Source of the DNA: Patella caerulea
Taxonomy: Eukaryota
Reading direction: 5' to 3'
Length of the DNA: 64,000 nucleotides
Assembly: GCA_036850965.1 (NCBI GenBank)
Contig: JAZGQO010000014.1
Location: 6,726,208-6,790,207, forward strand
A program made the position numbers and the translations under genes. The notes below the pieces were generated by a model. That model did no database searches and was not told the origin of the DNA. It saw nothing but the letters and a program-made list of their open reading frames with translations. Shown one piece after another: positions 12,360 through 24,604 of the stretch (position 1 is the stretch's first letter; every line of letters begins with the position of its first letter).

Positions 12360-12485
12360 CTTACAGACTCAAAGACACAATCACAGTACTTTTCTGTTGT
12401 TGAACTTCATGTACAGACAGTTAATAAAGATGATGTATGCCAATACAGAATATTTACCCATGCTGGCAAAATACAGGGCCAAGAG
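12360..12485 (+). CDS. PARP4: PARP4-like exon 3
   Basis: Acceptor tttgtttcAG, donor GTATTC. Same frame as ORF 12351..12578 (LTDSKTQSQYFSVVELHVQ...). Phase 0/0. Confidence 0.55.
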
Positions 12486-14206
12486 GTATTCAACATTATC
12501 TTTGTTAATACTGAATGTAATTTATCCATTTTTAGACTGAAAATTCCTTTTAAAGAATCAACTTTTACAATAATGTAGTTTGCAAGGGATTGAAAATCTC
12601 TCAGATATCGATCAGAGGCTTGAATTAATGCATAGTTGTGTTTTGCTATTTTGACCTATGTCACATTAAAGTCCAGATGTGCTATTTGCATTTTCACTGA
12701 AATATAAAATTTCTCACGGCTTATACACACTAAATATGTACTCAGATTGATTATTTAACTCTTAGTTAAGAAAACAAAATCAAAATACCAGTGCTAACTA
12801 CCCGCTTTATAAACACTGAACAGAAAATGAACCAGTTTTGGATTAATATTCGTATTAGATATTCATCTTTCACAAGGAATTCATATTGCTTAAAATGGCA
12901 CATCAGAACTTGGTTACTTACTTTCTACTAATAAATTAGTAGAAATTTGAAGAAAATTAGAAAACTTTCATATTCAATTTTGAATCTATTATTTTATTCA
13001 TGATATTTCGGGCCAGGGCTCGACACTGCTGGCAGCCACGGCGGCCATGGCCTCCGAATTTTAGAATTTGGCCGCAGATTCGTGGCCAATTTTCAATTAT
13101 CCACGGCCATGTATGGCCGCCGATTAGAGTTTGGTATCGATAGTTATTCTTACTATCGATAGTCGGCATTGAAGTGTCGATTGATAATATCGAAACAATC
13201 TTATTTTCACGGTCGTAATCAAGGCTGGATGACGTGTTTAAAAGTCAAAACCATACGATGTTTTGCGATAGTTGTTTTTTGCTCGTCTAGTTAATAATAA
13301 ACTGTCTCATATTACGTATAAATTGTACTTAAATTTTTAAATAATGTAGCCGTGGTTCTGAATGACGAAAAACCGTTGATATGCCGATGTATGTGGGGGA
13401 ACCAAAATAAAATGAGCACGATTCGACTCACAGCATTGCGTACGTGAGCGCGACAAATACCAACATGGCGGATAATTCGTTGTCGATTCGCGTGCAAAAA
13501 CTATGGAAAAATGAATTGTCTAAAGTAAGGCTAAAGAGCTTGTTATCATAAATTGTTCATTGAGATTGGATTGAGACTTTGAAATATAAATATAAAGTGA
13601 CCGAAATAGGCTATTGTATTATTATATACGAAGGATTAAGTTACGGAAAACATCGAGTCGACTCCTCAGCCCCCGACGCACGCACGAAAATTAGACGAAG
13701 AGAACGATACTTGAGAGTGCTTTTTGGCATATCTTATCAATACTATCGATTTGTATTGATATTTTACGAAGCTCTACCGATGATATAGTAATACTTTCAA
13801 CTCCTAATAAAAATGCCGATTTTTTAAAAATATTTTTTAGAACAAAAAATCGTACTAAAAACGGTACGATAAGAGTTTTATCCCCCCCCCCCTAAACTGT
13901 AAGGATGCATTATTTTTGTAAAAGTAATAAATAACAACCTGTAACAACCATTTGACTGAGAAAAAAGATCTACACTACAATAAACAGATTAAGCTGATAA
14001 TATAATAATTTATGACTTGGCCTTTGATTTTTAATTTTTGGCCTACGATCAAGGTTGCACTTTGGCCTATCGTAGGCCAATGTTGGCCTTCGATCGAAAA
14101 AACGAATTTCGAGCCCTGTTTCGGGCTATATATATATATATGGTACCTCCTCTTGAATTTTTGTTTTAAATCCCCTGACATAATATTATTCTCTTTCTGA
14201 TTATAG

Positions 14207-14347
14207 GAAAAGGAATGTCGGTTTTGCAAGACCAGTGATGAAGCTCTTCAACTTTATCAATATCTTTATGATGGCTTAATAAACAAGAAATACATTCACA
14301 AACAAGATGGTATACCAAGGGATATTGGTTCACCAAAAGTACAGAAG
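14207..14347 (+). CDS. PARP4: PARP4-like exon 4
   Basis: Acceptor tgattatAG, donor GTAAAT. Encodes EKECRFCKTSDEALQLYQYLYDGLINKKY, resembling human KKTSEDASEYFENYIEELKKQGF. 141 nt, phase 0/0. Confidence 0.6.
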
Positions 14348-14685
14348 GTAAATGTAGAAATTGTTATCTCTGTATGGTAATAATCGTGTTTGAATACTGA
14401 TAAATTATTCCTTTTTTCATAGTAAATGAATATCATTTCAAAATCCAGGTAACTATTTTATGCCATTTCTAGTGTGGTTATCATTCACTAACTGTGTATC
14501 AATACGAAAGACAAAATAGACTAATATTAGTTTATATATTGAATTTTTTTATGTTATCCCCAAAAATACAAAGTTTTCTCGTATAACGATTAATATAGTT
14601 GTTTTTCTTGGCTCATGTGAGAAAAAAAAAACTTTGTGGTGGAGTGTGGACATTATGTAAACTATCATATATATTATTGTTTTAG

Positions 14686-14823
14686 ATTATAGCCTACAGA
14701 AAGACACAGTCAGAACATATTGGTTCCGAGGTAGAACAACTTGTGAACCATGTATGGCAAGAAGCTACAGGACATATAGAAGACATATTGTCAACCAGTC
14801 TAGCAGATCTTCAAATATCACAA
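14686..14823 (+). CDS. PARP4: PARP4-like exon 5 (PARP regulatory region)
   Basis: Encodes VEQLVNHVWQEATGHIEDIL, resembling human VSDLVEMIWAEALGHLEHML. Acceptor ttttAG, donor GTAAAT. 138 nt. Confidence 0.75.
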
Positions 14824-15155
14824 GTAAATATTTATTTTGAAAGGTTTGAATTCTTTCTGGTGAAATATAATTTACTTGTCTCGTGGTCACCCGCAGAACT
14901 AGTTAGATAAGTGTGTTTAGATGATGAAATACATGTACCTAGTTCATTCTACAAATTGGTAATGTGCACAGAGGTTTTTGAGTTGGAATTCGAAAATAAG
15001 ATTAGACTGAGAAGCCAATGTCTGCAAAAAATTAAAAATTACCAAAATTATGTCTTATCCTTAATGAGATAACCCCATTCTACTCCTGAGTGTCATGTCA
15101 AAGACTTTTACTTCTAATATGTATAAAATTAGAATCAATCATTGCTTTTCTTCAG

Positions 15156-15332
15156 ATTGACAAAGCAGATGCCATTTTAGTAGAAATAAAAGATGAATTA
15201 AATAAAACAGCAGATACCAATAAACTACAGACTTTACTTCAAGATTTTTATTCTGCCCTACCCCACCAGACGGAAGGAAAGGAAACTAAACCCGATAGAA
15301 GATGGTTGTCTAATAAACAAGATCTATGTCAG
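15156..15332 (+). CDS. PARP4: PARP4-like exon 6 (PARP regulatory region)
   Basis: Same frame as ORF 15090..15344. IDKADAILVEIKDELNKTADTNKLQTLLQDFYSALPHQ...NKQDLCQ resembles human VSKAEGILLLVKAALKNGETAEQLQKMMTEFYRLIPHK...KKADLCQ. Donor CAG|GTAATA. Confidence 0.85.
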
Positions 15333-15583
15333 GTAATATCATAGTCTTTAAATGCAACTAAAATATATTTCATTCCATTTATTTACTATTTGTTAAAATT
15401 TGTTCAGTGGTTTCTAAGTGAGAAACACTTTTGACATTATTGCTCTGAAAATTTCCAATTAAAGTATAGACTTGTGTATATATATGTTGTTAATAAATTT
15501 GATTGAAAATAAATAGTTTTGTTAATTTATTTGTTAGTATTATATTTCTGTTGTTATATACAACATGTATTATTTTACTGTAG

Positions 15584-15750
15584 TTGTTGCGGGATATGTT
15601 ATCTGTTAATGAAGCCACCAACTGGAGTACAAACAGTTCTCCTGAAGCCAAATATAAAGCTTTACGATGCTATATTAAACATATTGAACCAGGGAAAAAC
15701 GATGTACAGTTTCAAGACATTAGAGAGCAAATTTTAACCTCCTTGGATAG
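15584..15750 (+). CDS. PARP4: PARP4-like exon 7
   Basis: LLRDMLSVNEATNW...AKYKALRCYIKHIEPG resembles human LIRDMVNVCETNL...AKYRALRCKIEHVEQN. Acceptor tactgtAG, donor GTAAGT. Exon ends in phase 2. Confidence 0.85.
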
Positions 15751-16318
15751 GTAAGTTTATATATTAGCCTGATGTGTGTAATAACTAATGTTGTTGCTTG
15801 AGAAATATTACCTCTACTTCATTGTATTTTCTTTTGGTCCCCAACCGTATCATTGACATCTGATCTTGCCACCATTGTAAAGGGATTGTCTTATACTTTC
15901 AAGAAAGGAGTTAATTTGTGACAATCTTGGATTATATTTAAATTAATCCAAAAACTACTTTACAAAAAGTCTGCCTCACACATTGTGATTTTACTTATGA
16001 TATGGCATCCTTACTACTGTGACATGTCACAACACCCACACATGCACCATTGCTCTTCAGTTTACGAGATAATAATCAACTCTTTCTGTGCATCAGGTTC
16101 AAACTCCCCTATTGATAATCCACATGTTGCAATGAAACATCATATGCTACAGTTCAACCTGTTTCACAGAGAATTACTTCGAATTATCCATGTAAAGGAT
16201 GGCTGTCCAAAACAAGTGCGTTGACTTGCACGGCTCGTAGTCATTGGCTCAACGGCTCGTGCAATGTTTACTTAACACCTAACTGCTGGTGCTGTTTCAT
16301 TATTTTGAAATATTTCAG

Positions 16319-16456
16319 TGACACTAAGGTAGAAGTTAAGAAGATCTATGTTATTCAGCGCCCTATAGAAGAGAGTAATTTTACTCATGATTTGTGTCCT
16401 AAACAACTTCTCTTTCACTCGTCAAGGGTAGAGAACTTTGTAGGTTTATTATCAAG
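16319..16456 (+). CDS. PARP4: PARP4-like exon 8 (catalytic domain, contains the active-site His)
   Basis: Same frame as ORF 16221..16460. LLFHSSRVENFVGLLSR resembles human PLLHGSPVQNIVGILCR. Donor AG|GTAATT. Confidence 0.85.
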
Positions 16457-16887
16457 GTAATTATCAGTTATAATGTATTGGAAAATATAATTTCAGGAAA
16501 GACGTCATTATTTAGAATAGATTCACTTCTCGAATACATGACTTGATTTTTTATACTTGGAATTAGACTTTAAAGATATCAAACTTTGATATTTTTCTTT
16601 TGAAAAATTCTTACTTCTGTTCACCTAAATGAAAAGAGGTATATATTTCAATATGCTAATAACATATAGATAATGATGAGAGCACTTTGAATCAAATTTT
16701 CAAAACTTTATAGATTTCTCCTTTCAAACCTATATTTATGATTGATGTTCATGACCTCTCGGAACTATTAATTTTTAATTGGAAAGGTAAAAATAAGCCA
16801 AACATCTTCTTTCCCATTTCTGTATAAATTTTTTAATTTTCAGAGGTCTGTCACTACCCATTTTTGTATAAATTTTTTAATTTTCAG

Positions 16888-16986
16888 AGGTCTTTTACTA
16901 CCAAAAGTTGTTGTTGATGATTATGGTGGAAAAAGAACAGATGCTGGATTATTAGGAAGTGGAATATATTTCGCCAGTTCAGCTAG
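16888..16986 (+). CDS. PARP4: PARP4-like exon 9 (catalytic domain, contains the active-site Tyr)
   Basis: Encodes (R)GLLLPKVVVDDYGGKRTDAGLLGSGIYFASSA, resembling human GLLLPKVVEDRGVQRTDVGNLGSGIYFSDS. Acceptor ttttcAG, donor AG|GTTAGA. Confidence 0.9.
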
Positions 16987-17094
16987 GTTAGAAATATTTA
17001 ATTAGATTTGTCCAAATTACATATGAAGAAAAATAGAAACCAATGACTTGGGGATTAAATCACATATATAATAAAACAATTATATAACGTCCAT

Positions 17095-17300
17095 CTGATA
17101 AATACCTTTCTGAAGCTACCAAATAGTAAGTGCAGGGGGACTGCACCACACACAATTCTACATAAAGACAAACATATGGACAAGACATCATACTCAGAGA
17201 CCACAAACAAAAACAATTCAAAAAGAGTGAATGGATCTGGGGGCTAGCCGCAAGCATCCACCGCGCTGTACAGTCCCGGGCCTGTGGTAACACAGTCTTC
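17095..17300 (-). mobile_element. tRNA-derived SINE, family 1 (box A-like GGGACTGTACAGCGCGGTGG; 3' end ...CTGCACTTACTA)
   Basis: Its reverse complement matches 38695-38890. Partial copies at 52070-52150 (-) and 57150-57230 (+). Confidence 0.65.
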
Positions 17301-18299
17301 ACTTATATTTGAAAACAACTGGGAATACAACCCAAAGAAATAACTCTGTAATGTCAGCATGAGTCATGATCTGTCATATGTTGCAAGAAATATGAATGCC
17401 AGCATATTGTATTAATTCCGCTATACAAGTAACCACACCGTTAAATATATACAAGCTGAACCATTATGTAAAAAGAATTTTTTGATGTTGTTAGAACATA
17501 GGCATACTATTTTCTAAATCTTACAAATTTGTGTTTTTATAAAATGACAATCTATGTCTTATGAATACAATGGACTCTGCCAATTTCGACATCATACAGG
17601 ATCGACACAATATGCTGGATTAGACAGCATGTAAGAATGCTCAATTGTTTCAGTTATACCGGAAGTATTATTGTACGTACGAATACCAGATGTTTTATTA
17701 TAGTGTACCCTCAAATACACAAGAGCTTAAAGATAACACTTTCTGTACATTCAAAAAACAAGACGCAATAACATAACAATATATATAATCATCTAAAGTT
17801 TTATGCTCACAGATAATTGATTGGTGATTTGCTTGTCGGTTAAAACCCACTGATTGAAGGCCGGATTATTCAATTTTAGTTGTACACAAATCGTGTGACT
17901 TGACCGCTGATTGATGTCGTTATTCGAAATATTCTGAATCCAGATTACTCAAAATGTTTTTCATTGAAGTAATAAGAAAATATATCAGATCAGCACATGA
18001 AAATGATAACGGATTTCACAGAATGCTGTCGTATTCAGATGTTAAAAGTGACAGAGTCCACTATATACTGTCAACTGTCAATGCAAGGAAACATTTATTA
18101 GTCTACAGTATATGTGTAAGCCGCTAATCACAAAATTACATTATTTTATAAATGGTCATCATTAGGGGATCAACCATATATTTGCTATGATTTATTAAAG
18201 CGAGCCAAAGGCTTCCTAGTTGTGCATTTAGGTCTGTGTAGAAGTATTTGTCTGTTTAATATATGTTAATACAGTGTGTATAATGTATTTATGTTGCAG

Positions 18300-18483
18300 T
18301 AAAAGTGCTAGATATTCTACTGCTAGTAAAAGTGTAGGATCTAGACTTATGTTGATATGTGAAGTAGCTTTAGGTAGAACATGTCCATTTTATGAATCTG
18401 ATCCCGACTTAAAACAGCCACCTGATGGTTATGACAGTGTCCATGGTGAAAAAAGAAATGTGGATAATGGTTCACAATTTATG
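18300..18483 (+). CDS. PARP4: PARP4-like exon 10 (catalytic domain)
   Basis: Same frame as ORF 18274..18516. RLMLICEVALGRTC...QPPDGYDSVHGEK resembles human RLLLICDVALGKCM...EAPPGYDSVHGVS. Donor ATG|GTAAAA. Confidence 0.9.
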
Positions 18484-18904
18484 GTAAAAGATTGTTTCCA
18501 TTTGCATTTTAAATGATGATGTTATTTTTAATGATAGTATATAATATATAGGTATCTTGCTGGAAACATGTCTTTGACTTCTATGTATGGAAGACAATTA
18601 TTGTTCACAGCTGAATTCCATAAAGTTTTGACACACAAATATCAGCAAATATCAGACGCACAAATGTCAAAAGAAATAAATTTTTGATTCAGACTGATGA
18701 AGCGTAGCCGATATCACAAATTTAGTCTTGGTCTTTTAATCACACAAAATTTGTCTGATATTCTACTAGCATAGGCTTTAAATACTTGTTAAAATATCCC
18801 CAAGGGGAGACATGATTTTTAACTTTTGACTAGAAGTTACCATTTGATATGATTAACACATTTGGTCTATATTAGTTTAAATGTATTGGGTTTTTTTAAC
18901 ACAG

Positions 18905-19064
18905 GATAATGAATATGTTATATATAATGTAAAACAACAACGTATAAAGTATCTGGTAGAATTTCAACTGCCAGGTGATACTCCTGATTACAACTCTTTA
19001 ATGAACGCTGAAGACAATGTAGCGGAAGAAATAAAGGAGACCATAACAAAGATTGATGATATAG
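18905..19064 (+). CDS. PARP4: PARP4-like exon 11 (catalytic domain, contains the active-site Glu)
   Basis: Same frame as ORF 18881..19141. DNEYVIYNVKQQRIKYLVEFQLPGD resembles human DDEFVVYKTNQVKMKYIIKFSMPGD. Acceptor acacAG, donor G|GTACAG. Exon ends in phase 1. Confidence 0.9.
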
Positions 19065-19377
19065 GTACAGTCTTATTTATAGTTTTTGATCGCCATTTTA
19101 GCGATTTTGAATCCCTTGCACACTCCATTATTTTGATGTAAACAAAACATCTGTGACCCATTCAAAAACGGTTAAATTCTGTTTGTGAAGTATTAACCAT
19201 GATATTATGAATGAATTGAAAACTTGGCAATGTCCAGCAAGAATTAGATGGGCAGCAATAATCCATATCGCATTGAAGTAATAAAAAAAAACATCATCAT
19301 ATTTTCATAATTTCCTTCTTGGTGATTGAAAGCATCTTCATGGTTTTTATGATTTTGAGTTGTTTTTTTCTTTCTAG

Positions 19378-19508
19378 TGTTATCCGACATACAAGATATA
19401 AAAAATCCTTTAGATAAGGTTAAAGCTGGATTGATATCTACTACAGATCAACCAGTGGATTTAAAATCGGTTCATATCAGAGCTAAATTACTAGATTTAG
19501 CTGTCCAG
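19378..19508 (+). CDS. PARP4: PARP4-like exon 12 (start of VIT region)
   Basis: VDLKSVHIRAKLLDLAVQ resembles human VPLEDVHIKGRIIDTVAQ. Acceptor tttctttctAG, donor CAG|GTAATT. Confidence 0.75.
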
Positions 19509-19734
19509 GTAATTAACAATTGCAGAGTTCATTATTTTGAATGACCTAATGTGAACAAATATTTGTCAAAAAATAAATGCAACAATATTATTGAAACAAA
19601 ACTATGACATGAAATATAGTAATTAGCGCAGCCAATGACAAAATGAAATGAAATTTAAATGCTGTTTAATGTCCTACTGCTCTGCTCCAACTTGGCTAAT
19701 GAAGACAGGCTTACGCCATAGATTCTACTATGAG

Positions 19735-19850
19735 CGAAAAGACAAGGGGAATCACGCCAAAAAGTCATGATGAACTTTCTCGGCCAACACAAGGATCGAA
19801 CCAACGTCTTACTCACTTAGCCACCGTGGCTCCCACAGAAATGACAATCC
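19735..19850 (-). mobile_element. tRNA-derived SINE, family 2 (A box TGGCTAAGTGAGTAAG, B box GGTTCGATCC, conserved central domain GAAAGTTC..GA.TTTT)
   Basis: Its reverse complement shares the B box and central domain with 21340-21480, 32110-32230, 53460-53590 and 60360-60540. Confidence 0.6.
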
Positions 19851-20070
19851 GCGAGTTAAAAAAGTTTTCAGTCTTGGTAAATTCATAGGCTATCATGATA
19901 GATAGTCTATTAAATGACAGCTGTATTTAGTGAAAAATTGAAAGTAGCTTTATTTCAAACTTGGAAAAATGTAACGAAATAATCTGTTTACATTAAAAGT
20001 TTCAGCACTAAATAGTCAGCCATTTTGAATTCATCACCAAAATTGTTGACCGTTTTAATGTAATTCCTAG

Positions 20071-20298
20071 GTGACAGTTTTACAAGAATATTACAACAGT
20101 AGTACAGATAGCTCTCTAGAAGCAAAATATGTATTTCCATTAGATGATATGGCTGCTGTTTGTGGTTTTGAAGCTTTTATTAATGGTAAACATATTATTG
20201 GGGAAGTAAAAGAAAAGGAAACAGCTAGGAAAGAATATAAACAAGCTATAAGTGAAGGTCATGGAGCTTATTTAATGGACAGGGATGAAGAAACTCCA
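20071..20298 (+). CDS. PARP4: PARP4-like exon 13 (VIT domain)
   Basis: ORF 20071..20334. KYVFPLDDMAAVCGFEAFINGKHIIGEVKEKETARKEYKQAISEGHGAYLM is near-identical to human KYIFPLDDKAAVCGFEAFINGKHIVGEIKEKEEAQQEYLEAVTQGHGAYLM. Donor CCA|GTAAGA. Confidence 0.9.
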
Positions 20299-20664
20299 GT
20301 AAGAATTTATTTTCTTTTAATGATGATTTATTGAATATAAGTAAGGATTGTAAAGTTGTTAGACATTACTTTATGAGTTGTAAATGTAAAAATGAAGAAG
20401 AAACAGAAAGAGTAAGGTCTAATAAGACTTAGAATAAATCACTAAAAGAAATATTCCAGTAAATTCGGTTTCTAACCAGGTGTGATTGTCAAACTTACAT
20501 AGCAATGTAGTAATGTAGTATGTCTGTTGTAGATCAACAATCTCTCTAGGGTATGGTCTGTTTTCTCAGGTTGATGCAATGATATTTAAATCACAGAACA
20601 ATCTCCGTGTCATATGAAAGATTACATTACTTTTTACAGATGAAGTTTTGTGATTTGTTTTCAG

Positions 20665-20829
20665 GATGTTTTTACTGTTAGTGTGGGTAATTTACCACCT
20701 GGAGCCTGTGTTCTTATTAAGATTGTTTATGTTGCTGAACTACAAGTAGAAGGTGGAAAGATCAGTTTTAGATTACCAGGTAGTGTGGCACCATGGAAAC
20801 ATGATTCTGCTATTAAAGATCATACACAG
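20665..20829 (+). CDS. PARP4: PARP4-like exon 14 (VIT domain)
   Basis: Same frame as ORF 20650..20844. DVFTVSVGNLPPGACVLIKIVYVAELQVEGG...VAPWKHD resembles human DVFTVSVGNLPPKAKVLIKITYITELSILGT...VAPWQQD. Donor CAG|GTATGT. Confidence 0.9.
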
Positions 20830-21126
20830 GTATGTGAAATGTAATTTATGTTAAACACAGGTAAGTGTTTGCTGAAATGGGTTTTGGGATTGCAAAGTTG
20901 TTGTTTACTGGTAATGTTTAATAACATGCATTCCATTTATCTATGTATTGAAATAAATTAGTATGCAAAAAAATATAATGCATATTCAGAACACCTGTCA
21001 ACTGAGGAAGGAACTTTAGTGATTAATGATAGCATGATTTACATGTTATACTGACAGATATGATGTGAAAAGTGGTGAAATTGTTTTTTGGGTTTTTTTT
21101 AATTGCTGATTGGTTATGTTTGGTAG

Positions 21127-21240
21127 GATGAACTAGATACAGTAGCTGTAAAAGAAGAAGAAACAACACTACAGATTGCTGTTGAAATGCCGTTTGATAT
21201 TGTAACAATAAACAGCCCTTCTAATAGAGTTAGAATAAAG
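21127..21240 (+). CDS. PARP4: PARP4-like exon 15
   Basis: DELDTVAVKEEETTLQIAVEMPFDIVTIN... resembles human ...KQSFSLTMSIEMPYVIEFIF.... Acceptor ggtAG, donor AAG|GTAGCA. 114 nt. Confidence 0.75.
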
Positions 21241-21339
21241 GTAGCATTATAGTTAGACTTCAATTAGAATTATTACTATGGTTTATAAAGCCATAATATA
21301 ATCATTAAGTTTATTGTGTTGTGTAATGCATTTTGGTCC

Positions 21340-21480
21340 ATTACAAAATGTGACTCGGTGTGGATTTCAAGCTGGCTAACTGTCATGAGGTCCCAAGGTC
21401 GTTCACGACGTTGACCGAGAAAGTTCCTCTGGATTTTCCAGCCTTGTTTCTTCTCTTGTCAGTGATGCAAGGCAAAGAAA
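21340..21480 (+). mobile_element. tRNA-derived SINE, family 2 copy
   Basis: ggtcccaaggtcgttcacgacgttgaccgagaaagttcctctggattttccagccttgtttc. Confidence 0.55.
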
Positions 21481-21569
21481 AAGTGTCTAGTCATTCAGGT
21501 TTGATGTGAAACTGAGGTTCATCCACGAGCATATAAATGAACTCTTAACAGTTATTTGATAAAGAGTAG

Positions 21570-23160
21570 GTGAAAACCTCACTGTCTAAGCAAAATTTCC
21601 TTCCTATGCCCATTTTTGTCCCCCGCCCTTTCGAAGAAAGTTGGGGGACTATTAAAATGGGTTCGTCCGTCCGTCTGTCTGTCCGTCTGTCTGTCTTTCA
21701 CACTTTTTGGGACACAATAACTCTCTTCCTAATTGAGCTAGAATGTTCAAACTTGGTGTATGTGTTTATTAGGTCAATGCCCTGATGGAGTTCGAAGATG
21801 AGCATTTTCCGCTTAGGGTAAGCAGAGATAAGCAATTTGATTGGTTGATGCTTTGGGACACGATAACTTTGGTTCTAATTAAGTGAGATTGATGAAACTT
21901 GGTGTATAGTTTCATTATAGTAATACCTTGACTAAGTTCGATAATGAGCATTTTCTGCTCAGGGTAAGCAGAGCTATACGCAATTTGATTGGTCGAGAAT
22001 TTGGAACACAATAACTCTCCTTCTAATTGAGTTAAAATGTTCAAACTTGGTGTATATGCTTATTAGGTCAATGCCTTGATGGAGTTCGAAGATGAGCATT
22101 TTCCGCTTAGGGTAAGCAGAGATAAGCAATTTGATTGGTTGATGCTTTGGGACACGATAACTTTAGTTCTAATTATGTGAGAGTGATGAAACTTGGTGTA
22201 TAGTTTCATTATAGTGATACCTTGACTAAGTTCGATAATGAGCATTTTCTGCTCAGGGTAAGCAGAGCGATACGCAATTTGATTGGTCGAAACTTTGGAA
22301 CACAATAACTCTCCTTCTAATTTAGTTAAAATGTTCAAACTTGGTGTATATGCTTATTAGGTCAATGCCTTGATGGAGTTCGAAGATGAGCATTTTCCGC
22401 TTAGGGTAAGCAGAGATAAGCAATTTGATTGGTTGATGCTTTGGGACATGATAAATTTAGTTCTAATTAATTGAGAGTGATGAAACTTGGTGTATAGTTT
22501 CATTACAGTAATACGTTGACTAAGTTCGATAATGAGCATTTTCTGCTCAGGGTAAGCAGAGCGATATGCAATTTGATTGGTCGAGACTTTGGAACATAAT
22601 AACTCTCCTTCTAATTTAGTTAAAATGTTCAAACTTGGTGTATATGCTTATTAGGTCAATGCCTTGATGGAGTTCGAAGATGAGCATTTTCTGCTTAGGG
22701 TAGGCAGAGATAAGCAATTTGATTGGTTGATGCTTTGAGATACGATAACTTTAGTTCTAATTAAGTGAGAGTGATGAAACTTGGTGTATAGTTTCATTAC
22801 AGTAATACCTTGACTATGATCGATAATGAGCATTTTCTCCTCAGGGTAAGCAGAGCGATAAGCAATTTGATTTGCCGAGACTTTGGAACACAATAACTCT
22901 CCTTCGAATTGAGTTAAAATGTTCAAAATTGGTGTGTATGCTTCTTAGGTCAATGCCTTGATGGAGTTCGAAGATGAGCATTTTCTTCTTACGGTAGGCA
23001 GAGATAAGCAATTTTTGGATGACACTTCGTGTTCAGTTTGATTGGTCGATACGTTTGAAGAAAATAAATGTGCAATTAATTAATATGTGTCATCTATTTA
23101 TTTTGGGATTTCGGCGGGGGACATCAGCTTCACTGTTGGCTTGTCTTAAACCCTGTTGGT
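21570..23160 (+). repeat. Satellite-bearing element in the PARP4 intron: about 5 tandem higher-order units of 294 bp (two 147-bp subunits each)
   Basis: Repeated minus-strand ORFs start at 21769, 22063, 22357 and 22651, giving an exact period of 294. Flanked by a left end with gtccgtccgtctgtctgtc and a right end (23040-23150) homologous to 4100-4214. Related monomers at 50830-51110 and 52200-52330. Confidence 0.85.
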
Positions 23161-23277
23161 GCACAAAATAGGATGTAAAAACTCAAAAAAATAATTCTAT
23201 TTTTGAATATTAAATAATGAAAATTTGAAGGTTTTTTCTCTGATGTGCATTGATGAGTATGTCCTTCTTGTATTTAG

Positions 23278-23415
23278 AAAACAGCAAGTAAGGCAGTTGT
23301 TGAAATGTGTAAAGGAGAAAATATTAGTCAAGGTTTTCAACTTTTGATTGGATTAGCCGAAATACATGTGCCTAGAATGTGGGTGGAACAAATGCCAAAT
23401 GATTCAGAAAATCGG
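23278..23415 (+). CDS. PARP4: PARP4-like exon 16
   Basis: KTASKAVVEMCKGENISQGFQLLIGLAEIHVPRMWVEQMPNDSENR resembles human RTDCKAVISTMEGSSLDSSGFSLHIGLSAAYLPRMWVEKHPEKESE. Donor CGG|GTACGT. Confidence 0.8.
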
Positions 23416-23558
23416 GTACGTTATTATTTTTTTTAACCATTTATAGTTTATTTTTATTTTTTCTCAAACTAAAATATTCCTAATTCAACTAGCATCCATT
23501 TAAAAAAGAAGACAAAGGACCTGAAAATATCCATTTTCTTTAAATTTCAATTTTTCAG

Positions 23559-23745
23559 GCTTGTATGTTGACATTTTTTCCGGAGTTCGAAGCTAATGAG
23601 GAAGAAGAAACTGAGATAGTATTTATATTAGATGTATCCAACTCTATGTCTAATGAAGGTCTACAAGATGCAAAGAAGATTCTGTATTTAACATTGCATC
23701 ATTTATCTGATAAAACCTATTTTAACATCATAGCTTTTGGTACAG
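23559..23745 (+). CDS. PARP4: PARP4-like exon 17 (start of vWA domain, MIDAS-like DxSxS)
   Basis: Same frame as ORF 23565..23792. ACMLTFFPEF...EIVFILDVSNSMSNEGL...NIIAFGT resembles human ACMLVFQPDL...EVIICLDCSSSMEGVTF...NIIQFGTG. Donor CAG|GTATGT. Exon ends in phase 1. Confidence 0.9.
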
Positions 23746-24604
23746 GTATGTATCATCAAATCTCAGATCCTATTTACCAGTCATATCTCTAACATTGAAA
23801 TGGTATCATAGTACGAATACTTAATCATTAGTATAGCCCCCTAAAAGTAGAAGCTGAATTAGTTTGTTTGTTTTACAGTTTGTATAAAGTTATTCCAACA
23901 TTTCATCTTCATCCCATTTTATGTTTTTGTTACTCATCTACTTCATCAATCCACTTGGTCTATAGACATTTCTTAAGACATTTGATCAACAAGCCAAACA
24001 ATATCAATGGTATTATGGACATCTACAGCCTATAATTTGTCTTTCTAAAACATATCTTCAGATGTTTATTGAGTGACCATCCCAAAAATAATTTATATTT
24101 GATTTAAATTAAATTAATTTGTATTATCTTCTTCTGATTTCAAGAAGAACTGTCACCTGCACCACACCTGGAGTCGACAAGAAAAGATAACTGTTGATTT
24201 TTAACAATTTCTAGATGTAGATCTAGATTAGAAGGAAATTATTCTCTTCTATAAGAAGTCTAAAAACAAACCATCTAGAAATCTCTTGTTTAAATCTGAT
24301 TTTGATAGGTTAATATTTCAAGCCTCAACTGAACAAAGGTCACATAAATTTGATAATGCAGTTAGAGGTTTTAACCTTAATCCTGTGTTAATTTATTACT
24401 TTCATGACACAAACATTTCAATTAATTTTACAGTGTATATATGATGTCATGCAATTTTAACACTATTTTCTTCTAGTGTTTATGGAGAGAAATTGAATTG
24501 TATGAAACTCCACATCTGTTAATATTTTTTAATATTATCTTGTATTCACATTATTTCATTTATATTCATTTTTGAAGAATTTTATAATTGTTTATATTCA
24601 ACAG

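Noticed and set aside
21769-22926. Four identical-length 91-aa ORFs on the minus strand
   Set aside because: The 294-bp period is a multiple of 3, so any open frame is copied in phase. There is no homology. Treated as a satellite, not a gene (see the related finding).
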